Part shown: positions 1 through 11,245 of the stretch, piece by piece
Layout of the letters: the number at the start of each line of letters is the position of its first letter
Numbering within the stretch: position 1 is the stretch's first letter
Origin: Schizosaccharomyces osmophilus
Taxonomy: Eukaryota
NCBI RefSeq assembly: GCF_027921745.1
Contig: NC_079240.1
Span: 1,488,001 to 1,552,000, forward strand
Length of the DNA: 64,000 bases
Direction of reading: 5' to 3'
Position numbers and translations under genes: made by a program
Notes under the pieces: generated by a model
The model's input: only the letters and a program-made list of their open reading frames with translations
Told to the model about the DNA's origin: nothing
The model's database searches: none

Positions 1-2
1 CG

Positions 3-1112
3 TCTGCTGAAGATCCTTTTCAAGCTCTTGCGGCAATTGCAGAAATCGCAAGAGCAACACGCTCCGGAAACCCCGAAAATTACGTTTGTCACGTCCCAGT
101 GCAGCAAGATGGAACCTGTAATGGATTACAACATTATGCTGCCCTAGGAAGAGATCCCGATGGTGCTCATGAAGTTAATCTGTCTCCAAACGATCGGCCT
201 AAAGATGTCTATGATGCAGTAGCTAAGATTGTGATAAGCAGATTGGAACAAGAGTCTGCCAAAGGTGATGAATTGGCCACCGCTTTGAAAGATAAAATCG
301 ACAGAAGTGTTGTGAAACCTACGGTTATGACTAACGTTTACGGTGTTACTTATGTGGGTGCCAAAAATCAGATTATCAGTCAGTTGGAAAAACGAGGAGA
401 TATTCCTAAAGATATGCTCAACAACTATTCTAGTTATTTGACTAAAATGGTGTTCCGAGCCCTTCGTGCTTTATTTGAAAGAGCTCATGAGATTCAAGAT
501 TGGCTGTCTACTTGTTCGTACCTTATTTCAAATTCTTTGCCGGCAGAATATATTAAGGAAGGTCATAAGGATAAACTGACGCCCACTATTTGGACGACTC
601 CCCTTGGGTTTCCTATTATCCAGCCTTATAGGAACTTTAAAAAACGACAAGTACAGACAAACTTACAATCAGTTTGTATTGAAGATAGGGATAGAGTAGC
701 TTCCGTTGAACCTAGAAAACAAGCTGCTGCTTTTCCTCCCAATTTTGTACATTCTTTAGACGCGACACATTTGTTTATGACATGTTTGAAAGCCAAGGAA
801 GCGAAGATAACCTTTGCTTCTGTCCATGACTCTTACTGGACCCATGCTTGCGATGTCGAACAGTTAGGTAGTTTGTTGCGACAAGCTTTTGTTGAATTAC
901 ATTCACAGAAAATTATGGAAAAGCTGAGAAATGAGTTTCGAAAGCGATATAAGAACTTTATGATTTCTAAAGACATTGCAAGGAGGTACGATTTGTTTAT
1001 ATCTTCTGAAGATGCTGATAAAAAATGGGTGCCACTTAAAATCCCACTTCTACCCTCACAGGGTACTTTTGATTTAACAAAAGTTTTGGAAAGTAAATAT
1101 TTCTTTTCGTGA
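3..1112 (+). CDS. rpo41: Mitochondrial T7-like RNA polymerase, C-terminal part (5' end lies outside the window)
   Basis: Frame open from base 3; motifs QQDGTCNGLQHY, RSVVKPTVMTNVYG, FPPNFVHSLDATH, FASVHDSYWTH; C-terminal YFFS. Confidence 0.97.
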   Translation, partial: SAEDPFQALAAIAEIARATRSGNPENYVCHVPVQQDGTCNGLQHYAALGRDPDGAHEVNLSPNDRPKDVYDAVAKIVISRLEQESAKGDELATALKDKIDRSVVKPTVMTNVYGVTYVGAKNQIISQLEKRGDIPKDMLNNYSSYLTKMVFRALRALFERAHEIQDWLSTCSYLISNSLPAEYIKEGHKDKLTPTIWTTPLGFPIIQPYRNFKKRQVQTNLQSVCIEDRDRVASVEPRKQAAAFPPNFVHSLDATHLFMTCLKAKEAKITFASVHDSYWTHACDVEQLGSLLRQAFVELHSQKIMEKLRNEFRKRYKNFMISKDIARRYDLFISSEDADKKWVPLKIPLLPSQGTFDLTKVLESKYFFS

Positions 1113-1584
1113 GAATATTTAAATTTTTGGGTCTGAAGTGTACAAAGCGTCAACGCTTCTCCGTAGGTATATATATGCATGATTGAATTTCTTTTTTTTT
1201 TTGTTTCAAGAAAGAAAAAAAAATTGTGGGCTCCGGTTGTACAAAAAATAATCTTTCCTTTTTTAATTTTTAATAAAGCGAAACTAATTGATGGTGGATA
1301 CATAGTTAATACATCATTTTTGTATATTATATTCAATGGAATTCATTGCTACTGGCTTTAATCTGTATTCGTACTTTGAAACCAAAGAATTCATTTCTTG
1401 GTGAAAAGTAGCTCCCAAAACCCGCAATGATAGACAGACAGGTTGGAGTCGAAAAACGAATAGGCATCGTAATGAAAAAGTTGCATAGAGCAATAAGAAC
1501 AATAAACAGATAGACGAGCTAGACAATGAACGGACAAAAAGTTTTAAGTAAGCATGCAAATTAAGCACAGTGATTATTTTTATT

Positions 1585-2516
1585 CTAAACAACTTCATCC
1601 ATCAGACGTTGTTGAAGCTCAATATTTTCTAAGAAGCGATTAGCATGATTCCTTAAGTAAGTGCGATTAGCAGCGAAAATGTAAGGTTTCATCAAAATAC
1701 GGGTTAAACGACCCATGAAGGAGCTTGGCAGAGATTGAGGTCGGATTCCAGAGTCGACGATTAATTTATTAGAGTAGGAAAGGGTGATTAAAGTAAAATA
1801 CAGCTTTAAAGAGGTGAAAAAGGTGAGTAAAAGTAAAGAAGGAATAGATTCCGCTTCAAAAAACACAGCCCAAAGACTCGTTGGCTGTTCGGATTCCGGC
1901 ACACCTTTAGCTGATTGAGAAGAAATCAGTACTTTAGCAAACCAACTCAACGCAAACAAGACGGTGAAGGCGACATTTAAAAAAAAGTCGAGTGCATAGG
2001 AATAAAACAAGATAAGGGCATGTGGTACGCTGTCCTGTTTTCAAGAAAAGTTAGCAAACGTTTCATGATGATTATATAGAAATCATAAAAGATGGAAAGA
2101 AAAAGGTACCTTTGGAATGTAAACGGCTAACCAAGAAAAAAGGACCAAGGTAAAAATAGAAGTCATATACATGAAAATCTGCCAAGCAGAAATGGCAGAG
2201 CCTAGGTGGAGATAGGTTAGGGACAAGCCATGAAAAAAGGGAGATCACTTACTTTGAAATAAAGATACAATTCCATAAAGACCAGATAATTTGTTTATGA
2301 TAGCAAACCAAACAATTACCTCGCAGCCAACACGAAGACTACACAAGCCAAAAAGAGACTAGAAAAGTTAATGAAGGTGATCAAACAAAATAAGTTTAAC
2401 ACCCTTTTCGGTGTGAACAAAGCAAAGAAGCAATGCCGAAAAGTCTAACAACATACCCTTGGGAGAAAAAGTCGCTCTAACAAGTTCGACCAGCGGACAC
2501 GACGAAAACTACCCAT
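1585..2516 (-). CDS. kei1: Inositol phosphorylceramide synthase regulatory subunit Kei1, 4 exons, about 235 aa
   Basis: Exons 2516-2457, 2358-2253, 2201-2110 and 2034-1585 join in frame through GT..AG introns (GTATGT, GTAAGT, GTACCT). Product MGSFRRVRW...SLFGLCSLRVGCEVIVWFAIINKLSGLYGIVSLF has several TM segments; syntenic position. Confidence 0.88.
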
Positions 2517-4693
2517 TTTGTAAAAATTCCAAGGCTTTAATTATCCAAGAAGAAGCGACCAATCTCTAGATGTTACAAACGAACAATGATGGAAGAAACC
2601 GATAGAACCGACGTTTTATGCAAAAGGGACAACCAGAAAACAACGCCACATCCAGTTGGATAAATCAAAAAAATTGAAGAAACTGTCACTAAGAATTTGA
2701 AGGCGAATCCAAAGCAAAGTGTTTTAAGACGACCAGTCGTGCTTTATGCCCGAATACCCAAACAATTCCACAGTGTTTTGTCGTAATGTACAGAATACGT
2801 TTTAAAATAAGTCAGCTCCAGTAAACAATACGCTTCTATTTCAAAAGATTTCTTTGATGTATGCCAATTCCAATGAAGTTTGGCGTATGCTTTGTCGTTG
2901 CTTGGAATGGGTATGGCTAAACATCAAACTTCGTCTTGGTTTAGTGAGCTAGAAGACGTACCGAATTCACATTTACTGTGGTACGACGAGGCTATGGACG
3001 TGGAAGGATTGTCACAAGAGAAGTTACAACAAAGGAATAAGAGGAGAGAACAGTAAGAGTTCTTTTATAGTCTTGTATAATAATATTGTTCATGAAAATG
3101 AACAATTTTTTCTTTTTTTTTGGGTTGGACGTTTCTATGCTTAAACAATGCCGATTGGGATCTCTTGTGGTGGAAAAAGTCCGCTTATAATATAAGCTCA
3201 CCTTTAGCGACCAGAGTTACAATGTTGTTGGTTTTTGACAATGCGTTGGGCGAAATTCATGGGTTTCTAAATTTATTCTATTTCTGTGGATTCTATACTT
3301 GTTGGAATGAGTTTTCAAGCAAAAAACGGCTTTTTAAGGAAACACTCTTCCAAGTTCTTGGTGTGACTGTTTTTGTCGAAAAAGAGAGACGTGACGAAAG
3401 GGCTCTGTACAATTTCTCCAGCGCACACATGTCAAATTGCTTGCAAAGATGTTTCACCCTTTGTAAGTGCCAAAGTTGTGCGGAGACCATTGCATCTTGC
3501 AAGTAGTCATCTTAGTACTCAATACTGCAACTCTCTACGATGAATTGTAGTGGGTCGGTAGGCTACTACATGTCGATAATACCATCATACTTGGTAGTAT
3601 ATAATATTCATAGAAAGCATAGCGAAATGATAGAATGACAATCATATTTTTAAATCAAAACCATGTTGGTAGCGGTGATAGCATTTTAGAGCAACGGTGG
3701 TAAGTTATGTTTTGTTTTGGAAATCGAAGAGATATTTCAGGAAACGGTGAAAAGGTGTAGATTCCTTGAAAACAAAAAGCAAAACATGCCATTGTTTTCT
3801 CAAATAGGAAACTGTCAATTTTAGTTTCACTTTCATTATTCAATTTCTTTCTCCATTGACCATGTCCTTCTTCCTTAATATTCTCTAACAAAGAAAAAGA
3901 AAACGATTTAACTTTTGAACGAGCGGACACTGGTATGCTATGCATTGACAAGCGTACAAGAGTTCGACTCGCGCTGTTACCATGATGAACACGAGCCAGA
4001 AGGCTCAAACAATAAACCCAGCTCTTTGAGCTGCTAAAAGAAAAGCAGCTAGGAAACGAAAAACACGTTCTGAACGACAGTCATAAGTATTCTTTCTGAA
4101 TGGCAATGTTCTCTCTTGTTGATTTTGTTTTTGTTTTTGTTTTGGCTTGCATCGAGGAGAGTCGAATGGAACTATATTAAATGTGTGTTTGGTAGGAAGG
4201 GTCCAGTTTAGCTTTTATGAACTAGCGCAATTCAAGTGTATCAATGGACGACCAACAGGTTTCTTTGGGATGTCGCTTTTGACTTTGCTAGCAACATCGG
4301 ACCATCAGCCCATTTTGTTTGCTTGATTCTCTTGCATATGGAATGTCATTTGATTTTTTTGTAATGTTTTTATCGTATAAAGGGTTTTGTACGATATTGG
4401 TACTTGTTGGGAACAGTCTGCTACGTGTACTTTTCGCAAAACAGTTGACTCGTTTCGAATAAGAACTTTTTCTTTTTTTTTCATCTGAAAATCAAATTTG
4501 CCTGTATATTTGAAAAAAAAATAAAGCAAAAAAAAGCAAAACGAAATTACCCAGGATCGAAGTAGCAGATTTTCGTTGTTTTTGGACTTTCAAACATCTG
4601 ACGCTGACGCTGACCATCCATTAATTTGTAGCTCGAAACGCAGATTCATCAGTTTCCTTCTTTCGACTTTTTCTTTTCATTGATTGTTTTCCC

Positions 4694-5191
4694 ATGGCTT
4701 CTACAGAAATCGTCTTTATCGTCACATTGGTCTTGTACTTGGTCATCACAAGATGGAAACGTAGGAAAGAAGATTCCATCATCCCCGAGCCAGAACCAAA
4801 ACAACCCGAATGGAAAGACTATAGTCCTATCGAACTTCAAGAGTTCAACGGCGTTCACCGTTCCTTGGTTTTTCTTGCCATCAAGGGCACTGTGTACAAT
4901 GTGACGTTGGGATCCAAGTTTTATGGACCAAAAGGCCCCTACAGCGCATTTGGGGGACGCGATGCAACTCGGGGGCTTGCTAAAAGTAGCTTTGACGATG
5001 AATTTATTCCAAGTGTTGAAGCAGATGACTTGGATGATTGGTCGGATTTGAACGACGAAGAAAAGCAAACTCTCGACGATTGGAAGGCTTTTTTTGATCA
5101 AAAGTATCCTGCTGTTGGTCGTCTCATTAGTAATAAAGAAGCTTCTGAAGCCCGTGCGAAGGCAGACTTTGTTACTCCCCAGAAAAACTAA
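4694..5191 (+). CDS. dap1: Heme-binding cytochrome P450 regulator (MAPR/PGRMC1 family)
   Basis: N-terminal TM segment plus cytochrome b5-like domain, FYGPKGPYSAFGGRDATRGLAK. Confidence 0.95.
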   Translation: MASTEIVFIVTLVLYLVITRWKRRKEDSIIPEPEPKQPEWKDYSPIELQEFNGVHRSLVFLAIKGTVYNVTLGSKFYGPKGPYSAFGGRDATRGLAKSSFDDEFIPSVEADDLDDWSDLNDEEKQTLDDWKAFFDQKYPAVGRLISNKEASEARAKADFVTPQKN

Positions 5192-5661
5192 GAAAGACAC
5201 TAACTCAGTTTTGTGCAAGTTTTTCTTTATCCTTTTCGTCATGATGTTTTATGTTGTTCTGATCCATTCTTCTACACGAATACTTTTTATCCATTTAATA
5301 AATGATAAATGATAAACCAAATATTTGTATCATTTTGTTGAATCCATAGCATCATCCAACCTTGGTCGGCCCTAAAATAAAATCACGATCGTCCTATCCA
5401 GTCAGTTTTTTTTTCTCATCAAATACTAAATTTTATTTGGAATACAAATCTTCTCGTCTTGTTTTTCTTTCTCTTTTTCATTCTGTAGTTCAATCATTCC
5501 TGCCTATGTTTTGATAAAAATTCACCCATTCGTTAAGATAACTTAAAATTCGTAAACCCCACAACCCGAACCCTGGTACCAGCGTCACTTCTTTCCCTGC
5601 GAAAAAAAGGTCAACAGTTGCTTTTCACAAGCAAAACAACAGGAAAAGTGGGCAAGCCAAG

Positions 5662-6468
5662 ATGGACGTTTTATCCATGGTTCTAGATATGAAACATGAA
5701 GAGGACGACGAAATTTTGGACATGCCACTGACAGCGAGCCAGTTTGAAGCGAAAAAACAAGAGTTACAAGCCGAGTTGGCAGCTATACGAAATGGAACCT
5801 GTAAAACGCTTTTGGATTTGTTTCAAGAATTACAAGAGAAAAAAGAAGAAGAATTGGAGATTGAAGGACAGTGGAGACGGCATTTGATGGAACGAGCCCA
5901 AGAAGAATATGAAGCAGAACTGAAGGATGCCAAAGAAGAATATGAGCAGCGTTGCAACTCTCTACAAACCATGGTTTTATCACATTTGGCTGAGAAAAAA
6001 CGACACATCCTGGAAGCCAAGGATATGTTTGATATTGCTAATGAGTCTTCTTCTCTTCTTTTACACGATGCATCTTCCCAATTTATTGACCGTCGAAAGT
6101 TAAGGCATCGTCGAAACGCTTCTTCCAATAACTCCGCCTCTCATCAATTGCCCACTCTCAACTTTTTTGACGATTATTTACTTTTCCCCACAGAAGAGAC
6201 GTCCGCGATACCAGAGTCCATAAAGAAGACGGTTCGAAATTCTGTCAACTCGGCGAAACCATCCAACATGGAATTATCACTTTTTTCTCCTCTCTTGACA
6301 ATGGCAAATGTAAATCTCTCTGCCACCCGTGACCGAGACTTTCGAGCCATGGAGCGAGCCGAACGTGATCGTGAGAAAGCCATTGACAAGAGTTTAGTCG
6401 GTGCTTCTGAAGAAGACGTCAAATCTGACCTACAGCTTCTTAACAAAGAAATTCAAAAGAAAAGGTGA
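5662..6468 (+). CDS. sds3: Clr6/Rpd3L HDAC complex subunit Sds3
   Basis: Coiled-coil Sds3-like region, RRKLRHRR, C-terminal EEDVKSDLQLL; synteny. Confidence 0.85.
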   Translation: MDVLSMVLDMKHEEDDEILDMPLTASQFEAKKQELQAELAAIRNGTCKTLLDLFQELQEKKEEELEIEGQWRRHLMERAQEEYEAELKDAKEEYEQRCNSLQTMVLSHLAEKKRHILEAKDMFDIANESSSLLLHDASSQFIDRRKLRHRRNASSNNSASHQLPTLNFFDDYLLFPTEETSAIPESIKKTVRNSVNSAKPSNMELSLFSPLLTMANVNLSATRDRDFRAMERAERDREKAIDKSLVGASEEDVKSDLQLLNKEIQKKR

Positions 6469-7435
6469 TTGTTTCCTCTTTTTTCCCTTCCAATGTTTAT
6501 TTACAGCCCAGCCTTGCGTTCAATAGGTCTCAGTTGATCATCCACTCGCTCCCAAACGAGTCCCCTCAAGCGACTCAGTTGCTTCTTGCGTTGAAAGTAT
6601 GAATATTGTTAATTTCTTTTCACACAATTAACTCCCTTCCTGGCCATTCGTGAAATTTTACATATGTCTTTTCTTCCCCAAAACTGCTAGTTAAATTCGT
6701 TTACGGTGGTGTGTTCCGTTTCGTTATCCTTTTTTGTTTTTGGCTTAGAATCCCCCCACAGAGCCTTGTATTCTGTTCCACCACTTTATTCCACTATCGT
6801 GCTTTTGTTGATGCCAGAGCCTAACAGTGAACAAAAAGAATTCCCCTAGGAAAAGGCTTTGTTTTCATATTTTTTTGTGAAGATAAACAATTACAAGTAG
6901 TTTGAAGGAATTATCTCTCTCGAATAATTCGATTTCCGTTGCAAAGGATTGCAACTCTTGATTTCGTCGTCAATTATAACTTGTTTCTTCCTTACAAGCC
7001 TTTTCTCTAAAGTCTATTTCCAATTTATTTTGGCGCTCTTCATGTTTTGTATGAAGTACTCTGGTCTGTTGTTTTACTGAAAAGAGATCGGAACGTTGTA
7101 CCCTTTTTACTTGTATATGTTTTAGTTGGAGCAAACCGAATAGTTTCTCTCCTTCTCCCCTTCCTTGTTAAATTTCTTTTGTTTTACAGGCCTTTAGACT
7201 AAGTGAAATTGTATAAATATTTCAACTATTGCTGGTACCCAGGGTCTTTTGTTTCCCACTGTCTTGTTTATACGTTCTTTTACTTGCATTAGCATTCATT
7301 CCTTTTCGATTCTTCTTTCGATCATAGTCTATCTTGTCCAACTTGGATTTCCCTTGTTCTGTCTGCAAATTAGTTAATTTCTTGAGCAGAAGTATTTTTA
7401 ACTAACAAGTTTTTTTATTTCTTTCGTTGATTACC

Positions 7436-8983
7436 ATGCGTTCTCGACAAAAGTTCCGTAGATTTAATCCGGATCGTTGGTCCAAAGTCAGCCTTCGAAG
7501 CATTGGGGGAGGCGTCCGGGCTTTGAACGGCGTAAAGGCATTAAACGGAGTGAATGTCCGTGTTTCACTACAATGGAAGCGTCTTTCTAATCGGCTTCAT
7601 CGCATTCGTAGAAGAAGCCAATTGGGTCGTCTCTCTATCAATGTTCGACCAAATGGCTGTTGGCAAGCTTACTTTTTGAGTTCTCTTCCCTTACGAAGTT
7701 TGTCGCGCATTTGGGGTCAGTTCAATCGCGCTAATTTACCCACTTTTTTAAGATATCCAGGGTTCAAGTTGTATTCTTGGATTTTTCGCTGCAATCTAGA
7801 CGAATTAAAAGATCCAATTTTAAGCCATTATCGCAATTTTCAGGATTTCTTTTGTCGTGAACTGCGTCCAGAAGCTCGTCCAGTCGATCCGGATTCTTCG
7901 GTTGTTTCACCTGTAGATGGAAGAATAGTATGTCAGGGCGTTGTTGACAATAACTGCATACAGCATGTCAAGGGACTCTCCTATTCCTTAGAAGCTCTTT
8001 TGGGTGGTGTTTCTACCGTTGATCCTTCTATTGTGGATTTTGGACAAGATTTAACTACCAATTTAGTGAAGAAGCATAACGACTTTGCTTCAAAATATTC
8101 CATCCCTCCTTCCAATGATGGATGTAATCACTTTCCCCGAAATGGAAATGCATCATTAACCAGGGAATCTTTGGCATACTGCGATATGCAGAGCCAAAAT
8201 GATTGGAACCAAACCAATCCTGTGCATACCCCTTATTATGACAATTGTTGTCCTTTTTATGCCTTTCAGGACGTGACTGGTGATACAAACTCGGATATCT
8301 CAGATGCATCGGATATGAGTACTGACAGTTTTTACACTTCAATTATGGAAGGCGACTCCGACTCTGAATTAGACGAACCGGGCAGTGCGACTCATCCAAT
8401 TTTGGATGATGGAATGCCGAACTGGGATGTCTGGGTTCAAGAGGCAGACGTCGTCGACATTGACTCTTTACCTTGGAGAAATATTCACCCTAATAACCTT
8501 CTTTTTTATTCTGTTATTTATTTAGCTCCTGGCGATTATCATCGTTTTCACTCACCTGCCGATTGGGTGATTGAGTCAAGAAGACACTTTTCTGGTGAAC
8601 TATTTAGTGTATCTCCGTTTTTAGCGAGAAGATTGCATAATTTATTTGTTTTGAATGAGCGAGTTGCATTGCTTGGTCGATACAAGCATGGGTTTATGAG
8701 CATGATTCCAGTGGGTGCTACGAACGTTGGAAGTATAGTAATTGATTGTGACCCTACGTTGTCAACAAACAGAATGGTACTACGGAAGAAGTCGTTAGGC
8801 TCTTTTCAGGAAGCGGCGTATAGTGATGCATCACCTGTTTTAAATGGAGTGCCGATTAATCGAGGCGAACAGCTCGGTAGGTTTCAGCTAGGAAGCACCG
8901 TCGTGCTTGTCTTTGAAGCACCCGCTGATTTCGAATTTTCCACCCACCAAGGTCAATACGTGCGCGTCGGGGAGGGTCTTTGA
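7436..8983 (+). CDS. psd2: Phosphatidylserine decarboxylase
   Basis: VVSPVDG, YLAPGDYHRFHSP, VGATNVGSI and the LGST autocleavage motif. First ATG is at 7436; the ORF track starts at an upstream TTG. Confidence 0.93.
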   Translation: MRSRQKFRRFNPDRWSKVSLRSIGGGVRALNGVKALNGVNVRVSLQWKRLSNRLHRIRRRSQLGRLSINVRPNGCWQAYFLSSLPLRSLSRIWGQFNRANLPTFLRYPGFKLYSWIFRCNLDELKDPILSHYRNFQDFFCRELRPEARPVDPDSSVVSPVDGRIVCQGVVDNNCIQHVKGLSYSLEALLGGVSTVDPSIVDFGQDLTTNLVKKHNDFASKYSIPPSNDGCNHFPRNGNASLTRESLAYCDMQSQNDWNQTNPVHTPYYDNCCPFYAFQDVTGDTNSDISDASDMSTDSFYTSIMEGDSDSELDEPGSATHPILDDGMPNWDVWVQEADVVDIDSLPWRNIHPNNLLFYSVIYLAPGDYHRFHSPADWVIESRRHFSGELFSVSPFLARRLHNLFVLNERVALLGRYKHGFMSMIPVGATNVGSIVIDCDPTLSTNRMVLRKKSLGSFQEAAYSDASPVLNGVPINRGEQLGRFQLGSTVVLVFEAPADFEFSTHQGQYVRVGEGL

Positions 8984-9319
8984 ATAATCCAACCTTACTC
9001 ATTGGAAAAGGTTAATAATGATTACGAATTACTTATAAGATTCTTGGTTTTTGATGATTTATTGGTTAAAGTGAAGTATAGAACTTTTGTTTCTTGTAAA
9101 CATGTTTACGTTTAATAATATTGATAATATTTCCGTTCCCTCATACAAAAATTTGATTGTTGCCTACGTATACAAGGACTCTTACTAAAATGAAAACATT
9201 GTATAAGTATTTTGAAATGCTAAATTAAACAGATCTATTAGCAAAGGGTATATATTTTGTGTAGGACGGTAAAAACGTGAGAAATTGACGGACTGTATTC
9301 TAAAGTCCTGGAAAATTCT

Positions 9320-10468
9320 TTAAACGTTTTGAACATTGTGATGGAGAGAACGAAAGCCGTATATTTCATCGTTTACATGAAATACATTGTGAAGATTGTC
9401 ATCATTCACGGTCCAAGCACGACTAGCAAAAATGTTCTGCTGGGGTGAAAGAAGCGTTTCAAAGGAATCCTTAAGTACATCCTGTAATATACTTGTATCC
9501 CGTTTCGTTTGAGCAGTTGAAGGACTGGTAACCCAAACGGCACATTTTGTAGAAATCAAATCATGCAACGTTGGGACCCAGGAGCTGTAAAATTCGGGAT
9601 TTGCAAAGTCGGGCATAGGAAGAAAGAAAGTATCATAGTAAGGATCGAAGGGTTCAAAAGTTCCTGTCTTATGCAAATTATGATAATAGTCTTGGTGAAA
9701 ATGAAGTGAGAGAGGAGAAGGAAGATTACTCATTTTTGTGGGCTTGACAAGTTCAGGTCCGACAAAATGAAGTTGGAACAAACGGCCTGGAAATAAGAAA
9801 TTGATACCCTGAAGCCATAGTGCAGGAGGCAAGGCACTCTCAAATCTGGAGCCAAGAATAAAAATCCTTGTTGGGCGGGGATCGGTGGATTGGGCTGAGG
9901 TAGGGCGATTCAGCATGTATCTTTGAACGGCTAAGGCTTGTAATCCTTGAGGTGTCAATCCATTCTTAAGATTGTATGGTGAGTTCTTGTGTAAGATACC
10001 ACCAATAGTCATAGGATAGGTTAGCAAACTGGTTAGGTGTCGTGATGTCCGTTCATTCCCAATGCTGGGGAAGCCTCTAGTGTAAAAGTAAGAATCCCAA
10101 GACCAAAGAGCAATAGCAACGTCCTTCTCAGCTAATCCAGGAAGATTCGCAAGCTGAGGAAAGGAGTTTGGTCTAGCTAAATCGTGAAAATCTTCATTAA
10201 TTTGGCGTAATTTAGGGATTAAGGCCTGATGGGTTTCGTCTTGCTCCCAATGGGCTTTACTGCAGTGCGAAGGAAATCCTGACTCTGGGCAATCAAAAGA
10301 AACTTGTTTTCCTGATATTGGGCACTTATAAACCCGTTGAATATGCTCTGCTCGTGATCGAAGTGCTTTTACAGGAGATTTCGAGAGAGGAAAAAACAAT
10401 TCAGGTTCTGTAGCTTTTTTTCGAATTAAATTCGTAATTCCGATGTTTTTTAAAAGTTTTTGAAACAT
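9320..10468 (-). CDS. mss51: Mitochondrial Cox1 regulator Mss51
   Basis: zf-Mss51-like CPISG...CPESGFPSHCS...W..D..H, LRQINEDFHDL, SLLTYPMTIG; ATG at 10468. Confidence 0.92.
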   Translation of the reverse strand: MFQKLLKNIGITNLIRKKATEPELFFPLSKSPVKALRSRAEHIQRVYKCPISGKQVSFDCPESGFPSHCSKAHWEQDETHQALIPKLRQINEDFHDLARPNSFPQLANLPGLAEKDVAIALWSWDSYFYTRGFPSIGNERTSRHLTSLLTYPMTIGGILHKNSPYNLKNGLTPQGLQALAVQRYMLNRPTSAQSTDPRPTRIFILGSRFESALPPALWLQGINFLFPGRLFQLHFVGPELVKPTKMSNLPSPLSLHFHQDYYHNLHKTGTFEPFDPYYDTFFLPMPDFANPEFYSSWVPTLHDLISTKCAVWVTSPSTAQTKRDTSILQDVLKDSFETLLSPQQNIFASRAWTVNDDNLHNVFHVNDEIYGFRSLHHNVQNV

Positions 10469-11245
10469 GAAATAACCCAAAACACGTAAACAACAGTCGT
10501 ATTTGCTGGTGGTACTACACTGAAACAATTCAACTTCAATGTCAGCAACCCCATAAATGGGTAACGGTCGAGTAACGGAGGTTTAGGCTTGGTTTATTTA
10601 CATTTGTGTAAACAAAGAAGAAAAATCAAAAATACATTCGAGATGAAGATTTATAAATTGAATTTTTTATAAAAACTTATATTTCTTCTCTTTCAATTGA
10701 TGATTCGTGCATTTTGATCGAGAGAACCGATCACACTTGTACCTATAGGTTATAAAAAAAAATATCATGCTGAAGGGTCATTCAAAGCAATTTCTTTTGG
10801 AATAGATTAAAGTCTTAGTAAAATGAAGGGTTTTCATTTTTCCTTCATTTGGACTAGCCACGGTTTTACAAATGAGTCATTTGTGAAGAATGGCACTTCT
10901 CTACTTCGTGTGTTGACACACTGAGGAAAACAAAAGGATCATATGAATGTAAAAAAGAAGTAATTCGAAAACGTCCATAGGAATAAATAGTCTTAAATTT
11001 GTCGGTCTGCAAATTTTAAGTCGAATGAGGGTTTTTGTCTTTCCAAGGAATCTCCAAGATACATTGAGTGAATTAGCAACACAAAAACAACTGTAAATTT
11101 CTTTGCCTAATGAGTTCCCCAAAAAACTGTTTACATTCGCCCAAGTAGATTCTTGGATTTATCCAACACCAACCTGCCGGGAACTTTGTCGAGCTAGGTA
11201 CAACATTGAGACATCAAGATTCTCAAATACGCGAGAAATCTTCGA

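Noticed and set aside
3120..4529. ORFs of 69-128 aa in the kei1-dap1 gap
   Set aside because: Mostly non-ATG starts with F/L/K-rich composition typical of AT-rich non-coding DNA; no LTR-like ends recognised.
7401..7409. ACTAAC-AAG as a 5' UTR intron end before psd2
   Set aside because: The AG is too close to the branch point and there is no convincing donor site.
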